This document shows, one piece after another, positions 11,569 to 21,049 of a stretch of DNA of 46,820 nt (the stretch's first letter is position 1; each line of letters begins with the position of its first letter). The stretch lies in contig FLMG01002866.1 in NCBI GenBank assembly GCA_900088475.1, positions 1-46,820 of the forward strand. Reading direction: 5' to 3'. The stretch is from Hyphochytrium catenoides. Lineage: Eukaryota > Protista > Hyphochytriomycota. Below the pieces are notes generated by a model, which was given only the letters and a program-made list of their open reading frames with translations, was not told the origin of the DNA and searched no databases. Position numbers and translations under genes: made by a program.

Positions 11569-13002
11569 ATGTCACAGAAGAGAAAGTGCTCAACGAGACG
11601 GGGGGCAACCGCGACGACGGAAGGGAAAAAAAAGCGAAAAGTTTACCCCTGTGCGATCCGCTCGTGCAAAAAGAATGTCTATCTGCAGTCGCTGTGCTTT
11701 TCCCACCTCAGAGAGTTTAAGAAGGAATGTATTGCATGTCAGGTACCAGGTTGTGGAGCGACTAAACGATCGAAGTCTCCTTTCTGTTGGGTACATGGCA
11801 AGCCGCCACCTCGAGCATCTCAAGAAGAAGAAGAAGACGACCATGTACCAAAGCAGCAGCCCAAAACTTCTCCAGAGCAAGTAGCAGAGCAGCCACTGCC
11901 AGCCTCCCAACAACAAGAGCAAGCACTACTAAAAAGTCAGCATCCACTAGCTTCTCAAGAGCAGACACCACCAGCTCTTCATAAAAATCAGCTCCCGCTT
12001 CAGCACTCATCAGATCTTCAGAAAGAGCGTTCAACAAATCAGCTAAGGGGTCAAGACGCACCATCAGCATACCGAGCACTTCATCATGAACCGCACGACG
12101 ATCGGCTCAACAACGGGCTTTCAGTGGAGGGGGAGAGGTGCTCCATACTAGGCTGTCCGAGCCGAGCACACTACAACTGCAAATTAGCCGGATGCGATGA
12201 TGGCAAGGTTAGCCGGCACGGCCTCTGCTCCCGTCATTGGCGAGAGAAACAGCGTACCGGGACACCCCTGGAACCATTAAGAGACCTTCGGCGGCCAAAT
12301 GCGAGGGAGTCCCCTTGTGAGTTGCCGGAATGTAGCAGGGCGCTGAGCTTCTTATATCAGAGGTATGAGCAGCTTAAAGAACAGCTGGAATGTGCGCTCA
12401 TGGACTGTGCTAGCTTGGAGGGTCAGCTTTTCCTTAAGGATACAGAGCTACAGACTCTTCGGACCCCAGAAGTGAGAAGGACTGATCCAGATGAGGGACC
12501 AAGTACCAGGACGAATTGTTATAGTGGTGGCGATAAACAAGATAATACTGGAGATGCCTCTCTTCCGGACGGTAACCCTAAGCAGGCTGCAAGATACAAA
12601 CGTCATTTGGCATTGGAGGTTCAGGCAGAGAGCGATCGGTTCGATTTGTCAGCTCAACGCCGTCATCGTCCTCTTTCTCGTCGCCTACCAACCCCACAGC
12701 ATTCTCCGACGTGTAGATCTATTGTTCCAATGCCTGCACCACTGGTAGACAGTGATAAAGAAGGACGTTCTTTTCTCCCATCTCCGTCCTCTCCTTCTTC
12801 TTGCCATACCCAACCACCGCTTCCTTCTTTTCCTCCTGCTGCTTCGTCTTTTACACATTCTCCTACCTCTCCTCGTCCAGAGAAGCTGACAAAGAGCAAT
12901 GGGTTCATGGGCAAAAGATCTAAGGATGAGAACAAGCCGAGTGATAAATATGAGAAGCGAGCTATCTCGTCGTTAGAGGCGGGGTTGGGGCTCATTATAT
13001 AA
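11569..13002 (+). CDS. Intronless 477-aa protein with C-x4-C-x8/9-C-x2-H zinc-finger repeats (WRKY19-like type), basic NLS, Q/P-rich linker and coiled coil
   Basis: Long uninterrupted ORF from ATG 11569 (MSQKRK). Motifs: GKKKRKV; CAIRSC..LCFSH; CQVPGC..FCWVH; CKLAGC..LCSRH; heptads LYQRYEQLKEQLECALMDCASLEGQL. Confidence 0.7.
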   Translation: MSQKRKCSTRRGATATTEGKKKRKVYPCAIRSCKKNVYLQSLCFSHLREFKKECIACQVPGCGATKRSKSPFCWVHGKPPPRASQEEEEDDHVPKQQPKTSPEQVAEQPLPASQQQEQALLKSQHPLASQEQTPPALHKNQLPLQHSSDLQKERSTNQLRGQDAPSAYRALHHEPHDDRLNNGLSVEGERCSILGCPSRAHYNCKLAGCDDGKVSRHGLCSRHWREKQRTGTPLEPLRDLRRPNARESPCELPECSRALSFLYQRYEQLKEQLECALMDCASLEGQLFLKDTELQTLRTPEVRRTDPDEGPSTRTNCYSGGDKQDNTGDASLPDGNPKQAARYKRHLALEVQAESDRFDLSAQRRHRPLSRRLPTPQHSPTCRSIVPMPAPLVDSDKEGRSFLPSPSSPSSCHTQPPLPSFPPAASSFTHSPTSPRPEKLTKSNGFMGKRSKDENKPSDKYEKRAISSLEAGLGLII

Positions 13003-13538
13003 CACAAATAAGGGTGTCAAAAGGACGGAAACCACCAGCAGTGTCCCTCTTTTACTTTTCTGTCTCACAACCCTTTGCTCTTTCTTCATTTTGGGGGTTA
13101 TCACTAGCTAGTACTGCTTCCAGAATACCATCATTATGGATAAGAGTTCTGATGACTACTTCCCAACCTCTATCCCATTACTTGCATGTCTCCAGTTGTG
13201 CTTTCTACCTCCGCTATCCATGCGCTGCCAATAATTAGTCTCAAGACCTCTTTCCCTACCTGCTTCTCTTTTATTTGTTGAGCAGAGTCTATCATAACTT
13301 ACCTGTCTTCTGTTGTGCTTCTATCTCCGCAATCCATGCGCTGCCAAGTCTTCTACCCTGTCTGCTGCTCTTTCAAATGTTGAATCCGTTCAGAAGCAGC
13401 TCTTGTCTGTGCCAATCCTGCTGGTCTCTTGGACTCTATCTCTTGATCCACACCACCAACTCTTATATATAGGGCATCGCTATTCCGGTTTACTTCTTCC
13501 TCCTACAAAGGTCGGGTTATTGCCTGATGGACGCAGAG
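12645..13538 (+). repeat. ~894-bp direct repeat, copy 2
   Basis: Colinear with 48-942. Confidence 0.95.
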
Positions 13539-14554
13539 ACCCACTATTTCGTTCTAAGGATTAACGACGAGCACGGTTACGGGTAGCGCCGGCAGACAAT
13601 GCAGAGACAGCGCCAGGGTTAGAGGAAGTATACAAACTTGGGCGGGCGGCTAAAACGACCAGATCGGGAGAGGATCTCATTGACGCTTCATCGACGCTTA
13701 GGAGGTTGGGGTAGACTCTTCCATGCCCTGTCAGAGCAGGCTGTCTGCTCGAAGCGGTGCATTCGGCTTCAGGCCGACACGGCTCTTATTTATGCGCCTG
13801 AGGCGGAGAGCCTTTTTACGCTACATACCATCTCCCAGGCTAGGGTAGTAGTAATGTCAGGCGCCACTTGAATTCCCTATTCTCAGCCTTATACATCCTC
13901 TCTTCTAGCTGGCTTCTTCCTTCCTACAGTCTCGGGTTTCTCACTTCACCCACTAATCCGCCGCATCGCCTAGATGTGGTATATGGGGTTCTTCTATTCT
14001 CCTCTCATCCTCTATATCTTCCTTCTCTCTCTCTTCTTAACTCTCTCCGTCTTTTGTATCTCTATCCTATCTGCCTCTCTCTCTGTGACTCTCTCTCTTC
14101 CTCACTCTCTACCATTTTTTCCTCTTACTCTCCCTCACTATCATATACTCTTAGTCCTCTCATCCAAACCTTCCCTCCTGGCTTCGCCATCTACCGATCT
14201 CTCTTCTTAACTCATTCGTACCATTCTTCCTTGATTAGCTCTAATCTAATCCCTATCCTTCACAAGCACTATCGTCTCTCCGTAGTATCGTGGTGGTTCC
14301 CATACCCCGTGAGCCAATGCCAGTTGGCGCTAGTTTGCTCTCGTCTCTCTGCTCATCGTTATTTCTCTCTTCGGGCCTCGTCCTGTAGCTGTAGGAGCCC
14401 CTGCATTGAGACTTGAGGTGGGCAGTATTTAAAAACTCCGTAGGTGGTGAGGTTTGAAGTGAGCTCTTAGAAGAGTGTCATCTTTATAATGTGGACGAGT
14501 ACCATCAACTCTTCGTCTATGACTCCTTCGCATCCCTCTTTCTCTTCTGTCGTC

Positions 14555-14795
14555 TTCTCTCTTTCTTCTCTCTCTCTTTCTCTCTGTCTCTCTCTTTCTC
14601 TCTGTCTCTCTCTTTCTTCTCTCTCTCTCTCTCTCTGTTTACTCTTTCTCTCTGTCTCTCTCTTTCTGTCTGTGTCTCTCTTTCTCTCTGTCTCTCTCTT
14701 TCTTCTCTCTCTCACCTCTCCATTTTCTCTTTCTCTCTGTGTCTCTCTTTCTCTCTGTCTCTCTCTTTCTCTCTGTCTCTCTCTTTCTCTCTGTC
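14555..14795 (+). repeat. (CT)n microsatellite with 18-bp higher-order unit CTCTCTTTCTCTCTGTCT
   Basis: Directly visible. Confidence 0.95.
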
Positions 14796-17700
14796 GTTCG
14801 TCTACCTACTCTACGTCCTATTTTATCTACCTCCTTCCTTCTTCGTCCATGCGGTCTTTTAGTCTAGCTGATTTGATTTCTATCGCCCGTCCCACAGTCT
14901 AGCTTTTGTTTCTGCCTTCCGTAGGTGGTCAGCCCTCCCTCTTCCTCTTTTCCTCTTTCCCTTATTATTATATTGCCGTTATATCCTGTCTCTCGCTCGC
15001 ATTGGTTCCCTGCTTCGTCCCGTTCCCTTCTATCCACACTACTCCTCTAAAATATCTTCAATCCTCCGGCGGCATGCCCCCTCGAGTAACTATCTCCTAT
15101 TTCTGCTTGTTCCTTTGAGAACGAGGGCTGCACTGCAACGTACTCTGCCTTCTTAGGGTAAGTGAAGTATGGCATGACAAGGCTGTCTCCCTTCTTCTTG
15201 CTGTCTCTTGTCGTGGACTTGCCTCTTCCGTGCACTCTTTCTCTTCGCCACGCTCCTTCTCAAGTGCATCATTTGCATTGATCTCCTTGCCCTCAGCTTT
15301 TGCGCTGCTCTTTCTCGCTGTCCTGTTCTACTCTTCTTTGTTCCTAAAGCCCTACAAGTCCCAGCGTAGGGTCTTTTCACCGTGACGGCGATCGCTAACG
15401 TTATTTGCTTTCTATCGACCTCTAGATGCCTTCGTCGTTCTTTATTAAATGCCAACAACGCCTCTCTCTATTGAACAGGGTTCAAGTCTCTTTTTCTCTG
15501 CGCATCCTTCTCTTAGCTGTTCATGTAAGCACTTTTCTCTTCTCGTCTAATGTCCCTTACTATCTTAATCAGCCTTCCTTTTTTTCTGTACATCTCGCCT
15601 TGCCTCTTGATCTCCAGCATTCATTCAGCGTTCACTATGGGTAAGGTCTCTCTCTTCTCTCTCTTCTCCTAGCTCTGCTAGGTTTCTTAGAGCGTTTCGC
15701 TATGATGTTATGATGAACAGAGAACGCATAATCGTTGATGATGAAGGAGGCAGAGATGTGTGAGAGAGAGAGAGAGGAAAGAAAGATGTTGGGCGGAGGA
15801 ACACTATAAAAACGAACTTGTTGGGGATTGATGAAGCGAGAAGAAGCAGCTAAAAAGCGTGAGGAAGTACCTTGATTCCCAATAGAGACCAGTCAATTGA
15901 TCTTCTTGCGCAACTGCTGTTCTGTTCTCAAACCCACCAACCAGTGGCCCCGACAGATGGCACGTTTGTAGAGCTCTAGACGAATTGTTCATATGATGAT
16001 GGCGGTAGTAACACGGGCAACTCTGGTCATTTGCTACCTTGGAGCAGAGCCTGACCACTGTTGGGGTGACTCAGAGAGGCGATGGCTCCTGGTCAACAGG
16101 CATTAGTCAAGACTACTCTGCTTGGCGTATCTTACTCTTTACTATCGGCCAACCATGCAGGTGCAGGCTATCTCACATAGAGCTGCTAATCGGTCAGCCC
16201 AGCGTCCGCCAAAGATGAAGATGTATACGCCGAAGCGGAACAGAAATTGGTGGATAGCTCAGCTAGTTCTAATCACCACGAAGTACTAAGCACTAGCTGA
16301 CCACCATCTCGCCTTTGTCTCTCTCTCATTGTTTCTTTTAACATAATCTTCTTCCTCCTCTCTCTTTTCGTCAGAGTGAGAGGGTCTCTCTTGCTCCTCG
16401 CTCTCTGTCTCCCTCTGTCCTTTTCTAAGCTTGAGGAAGCATAAGAGATACAGCGAGAAGGAGGAGAGAGACCCTCACAGTTGGAGAGAAAAGGAAGGGG
16501 GGCATAGTCGTAAGATGATAGTTTGGCTCGCTATTCATCATGAAGTCGTGCATCAATCCTGACCCTTACAGCGCGGACACGACGAGCAACGAGAGGAGGT
16601 TCTTCCACTAAGGAAAGATAACTTCATAACCTGACCGCCCAGTCAGGGGATGTAATCATCACAATCTTCGCACGCGGGCATTCTGACGCATACCAAGGCT
16701 ACCAACCTATTAACCTGTTCAGACCGACGAGGACATGGTGGCCAGGATGATAGGAAGTAAGCGGTTGGCCGGACGCTCTTGGACCATCCATTCTTGGAGT
16801 GGGCACAACAAAGTGCTACGACCACTTGCTCTTGATAGTCCAGCTAGCAGAATGTAAGGAAAGCTTCAAGGATTAGCACTGTTAGGCGCCAGTATGACCC
16901 CCAGCCATAGGCCTAGGCTTATGTCCTTGTGCGCTTGTCACCACATCGGGAGAAGCAGAAGGATAGGTAACAGCTTCCGACGATACTTCCTCACGCGGCG
17001 GTCAGAGGATAGGGCTGACGACCTTGCTCACGGTTAGCCTTGCTCGGTCAGCCTCAGCCTCTGCCGTGTGCTCAAACCTGAGGAGAAGGGCAGCGGGAGG
17101 AAGAGACACAGCTGACTTGTCCTATAAAATGCCGCAGAACAGTCAAACGCCCGAACTACCACCCTCACCCCCGTTCCCGTTCGCTGCCGTTGGATCATAT
17201 AGACTTAGACCATAGCTACTTCTTTATTGAGCTTGGTTTAGATACTAGGAGCACAGCTATTTGCTTATTTCGCCTAAGGCTAAGACCCTCCTTCTGCTTG
17301 ATCCAGGGAGGCGGCAAGGAAGGGCTTTTTGCCTGGTAATGTGTCGTCCAGCGCCAGTGTTATGCCCCAGGCAGACTTATAGATCTTGTGCTCTGTCACA
17401 ACATCGTAAGATGAAGCAGAAGGAGTGCCGCTACGCTCATGATCGGAGGTGAATTAAAGGAGGGGTATGAATCTATGGACCCAAAGGACAACACACACCC
17501 CGCCCGGCAAGAATGACTGCGGCTTTTGAAAAAATAATGTACTTTCCTCTTTCAGTAAGGGCACGAAGAAGTGCTCATTAGGAGGGCGATTGTGACCTAA
17601 GTAGCCTTCGATTGAAGCGTCTTCCATTAGGAGACAACGATGTGTGCTTGAGCTGGGCCCAGGAAGGGCTATTGGTAAGAGGCTAGAAAGAGTAGTGCAG

Positions 17701-18514
17701 CTCGCTGCACTTGGCGAAAAAGCTTCTTCGTGTTATATCAATCGTAACCTCTCAACCAAGCTGTATTATTGACGGCAACCTCTCGTTGCATTCTCTCTTA
17801 GTGCCCGTGAGGCACTGGCAGCGGCCCTTAGATACCGCCGCTCCATTCAACAAAGAGACGAAACAACGCATAACCAACATTGTTTCTAAGAAGAGTACCA
17901 TTCTTAACCCTTAACTCTACGCCACAAGGGAGAAAGCGTCTTGGTAGTAGAAGCCTCATGATCTGAAAGCAGTAAGAAAGGAGTCATAGTCAATCTTCAA
18001 GTGGCCAGCATTGAACAGTCTGCGACGAAGACAACCTCAGGCTTAAGGCGAAATGGGAAACCCTCTCTTTAGCTGCAGCTCTAAAAGAAACATTGGAGCT
18101 AAAGTGGTGGCGTTATCCACTACTAGGAGTCTAGCCTCTGAACCAATGGAATGATAGACCCCCGACTACTTTGCTTGGCCCACGACCCATCCTTGAAGTC
18201 AGAGAAGCTTATAAGGCGCTATGGAGGCGGGTCAGCATATCTGAAAAAGGAATCTTCCCGCAGGAATTGCTGTTAGGCGGAACGACAGAAGACAGAGCCT
18301 CCTTCCGTAGGAGGCCGCGCTAAGGGGCATGTTGCAGACATGACATTACTGCGCCACCTCTGCACAGCAGCATGGTACCTCAGCCTGGCTGGCCCTCTGC
18401 GCGAAGAAAGAAGGGCCGCGATGGTTTCTGGGATGCCCGTCATCTTCTTCTGGGTTGCTGGCTGCTGGTTGCATTGAAGACGACGAGACCTCCAAGTCAC
18501 CAGGCTTCCCGATC

Positions 18515-19243
18515 CTATTGTTTGTGACCGCTTTTTGCAGGAGACTGACACTGGTGGAGAGAGAATTTCTCCCATGCCAGAGGTGCTTTACATCGTTGAC
18601 ACCTAACAGTCCTCTTATTGCATCGCTCAAGCATGTGAGAGCGCATATGCTGGAGTCTGACCAGAAGACCACATCGTACACAAGTGCTATAAGACCTTTG
18701 CGTGGGCTTGGCTTGGGCCTGTACTTGCGACTTTGTTGCTTCTGCCTTTGTTTTCTGTTGCTTCAATGGTTGTGCCATTGGTGGTTGCTTTGGTTGTGCT
18801 TTAGGCAACGGCTTCTTCTGTCCTGCTGATGACAAATTGGTACCCGTCGAGCTGCACAGAACGCGTATGGCGTCGTATAAACTGTTCTTCTTTCTCAGAT
18901 AGATATGGTAGATGACAGCTTCCATGGCCGTCGAGAGCTCTTTCCTTTGAAACCCAATGCCATTCGTAGGTGGCTTGAGAATGTGGTCTAGACGCAGCTT
19001 CCTTGCCCAGCTAGCAAGCACTTCATCTTTGATGTTCTCTTGGACAACATTATGTAGGATCTCCTTCGACCTGCGACAGTTTGGGTACGTAGCATAAGCA
19101 TACTCGGCGGCCTTGAGCTTCAAAAGCGCGTCACCGAAGAAGGCGTCGATATCGGCCTTCTCTCCACCGCCCGCGCTCTTCAAGACAATTGCCCCTCGAA
19201 TGTAGTCTGGTCCAACCCCGTAGAATTCAAGAAACCGCGCCAT
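18515..19243 (-). CDS. RNase III-domain protein (Mini-III-like active-site motifs) fused to C-terminal TRAF-type zinc fingers, 242 aa
   Basis: True ATG at 19243. DAFFGDALLKL resembles the RNase III signature; LHNVVQENIKDEVLASWARKLRLDHIL resembles the central helices; KELSTAMEAVIYHIYL resembles the second catalytic motif. The C-terminus CVRC-x11-H-x4-C..RTVRCQRC-x11-H-x-C has TRAF-finger spacing. Confidence 0.8.
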   Translation of the reverse strand: MARFLEFYGVGPDYIRGAIVLKSAGGGEKADIDAFFGDALLKLKAAEYAYATYPNCRRSKEILHNVVQENIKDEVLASWARKLRLDHILKPPTNGIGFQRKELSTAMEAVIYHIYLRKKNSLYDAIRVLCSSTGTNLSSAGQKKPLPKAQPKQPPMAQPLKQQKTKAEATKSQVQAQAKPTQRSYSTCVRCGLLVRLQHMRSHMLERCNKRTVRCQRCKAPLAWEKFSLHQCQSPAKSGHKQ

Positions 19244-21049
19244 TAATATTGGTGCAACGATCCGCCACTGCTATATCTTGAGAAGGCGCTTCTTCTTCGC
19301 GACTCAGTTGGCGATAGTAATGATCCTCCACAAATGGGCCCTCTGGTAGTTGTCGCCCAGCAGCAGCAGCAGCAACACCAAGCAGTAGTAGGGAACAGAA
19401 GGATCTCAACTCAGGCCTACTAACCACCTTCCTTACTTCCACCCAGCCTGGCGCCGCAACAAAGAGGGAACAACGCGCCGGCTGGACTGCTGGTGGTTCG
19501 GTACATTGTTGTGGGGTCTCTAACATTTCTCCAAAGCAGGCCCAAAGCTGGCCAAAACCCGGGACACGAGCAGCTGAGCTTACAAGGCATTGCGTTATAA
19601 TCATAGCTCACCGCATAGGGACTCTGTAAACTCACTCTTCTTCTCCTTTTAGTTCTTTTAGGTCGTACAAGGGCAGTACTCGTAGGAAGACAACAGCTGC
19701 ACCTGCCGTGGGTGGTGGTGGTGGTCAACGACCAAGAAAGGCAGTTGTTCCCATGCTAGCGGTGCTCATCAACCTTTCCTTCCCTAAGTCCCTTGACGAC
19801 GCCAAACAATCATCCATCATAAGGCCGACGATGGACCCACAGTGACACCGCGCTCACAAGAGTAATGCCTTTCCGGTTGGCTGCTGGTATAAGGCGGAGG
19901 CAGCAGCGGCGCGAGGATGAATGTTCAGTAGTAGCCACGGTGATGATGAACTGATGATGATGAGGGTGCGGGTGATGAAGAACCAAATAAACCAGCAAGC
20001 ACGGATCATCATCCGCCACGAGCAAAAGTAGAAAGCCCTTTCTCCTGCTGTTGCTGATAATCTTGGAGCCCAGCGGCAGCATTGCTCCTTTTGTCATCAT
20101 CGTTGTTAGTCACATCCACGAGTCATTTCTTCCTCCTTCTCCATCAACAAACCGCCGGGATCTCGGTGCTGCTATGAGTAACAACCATTTCTCCCAGGTC
20201 ATCTCGCCACGCATTCCTATCAGCCTCAGTGGTCCAGCAGTAGTAGAGAATAACGACGTGGATATATGGTGTATATCCCGCCGTGCGGGTAAACTGGGAG
20301 GACCTGCTCCTTCTTCTTCCACTGAGTGAGCTGGCGCTCGAAGCTAATCGTCTCCTCATACTTGCACCCCAACCAGCTTTCATGTGGCTTGTCTGCTCAA
20401 CTATTTGGTCTTATTTGCTATCACGTGATGATCAAAGGTAGGAAGGTTGTTGATCTATGTACACCTATGACCTGCTGCTTGCTCGGGCTATGATCTGTGG
20501 GTTGACTCTGCTTTCTCTTCTTTGTCCTGCGAGTGTGTTTGCCGCCAGAAAATTCTCATTCACAGATCTTAGAAACGCACTTGACCGTAGAATTCCTGCT
20601 GGCGGGAGAGCTCGCTGTGATCATCCCCAACCACCGTCATTACGAGGATGGTTTTGCTTGTCGAGGACAGAACGACCAGAGTTTGTGCCGAGAGAGAGTG
20701 CCTGTTCTTTCGCAGCACTATTTACTGTGAGGCTGCAGACCGCCACAATACCGGCGACACGAGCACTTCCCGAGGTGTAGCTAATGACGAAATGTTCTCG
20801 GAGGACACTAGGTTCACTCGATACCTTCTCTATCTGGCTTTTATAGATGGCTGTATGGGCGGTGAGGCATCCATTGAGGTTGCATGGACACCGCCCGCCG
20901 TTGGGGAGCTCAACCTATGAGTAAGGAAGAGGACGATTTATTGAAAGGATTTGCACCAGGTCTCTGGCAGCTAAGCCACGGTTTCCAAACGAATATCCTG
21001 TTCCGTCAATGGCCTTACAAAGGAACCCTTCGCGAACGAGAGCTCATCT

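Noticed and set aside
50-13535. The 0.9-kb direct repeats as LTRs of a 13.5-kb retrotransposon (they can be trimmed to TG...CA)
   Set aside because: There is no TSD (AGGTT vs GAGAC), no PBS or PPT, and no gag/pol between them. Homology also extends past the TG/CA ends.
16660-16760. GH...TWWPG resembling a Gypsy integrase zinc-binding region
   Set aside because: It is immediately followed by stops, with no CxxC or DDE core.
17905-17915. TTAACCCT (piggyBac-like) and TTAAAGG at ~17454 (Kolobok-like) termini near the RNase III gene
   Set aside because: No matching opposite terminus was found.
19250-20950. Several 60-125 aa ORFs between the RNase III and EDR2-like genes
   Set aside because: No recognisable motifs or convincing splice pattern; left unannotated.
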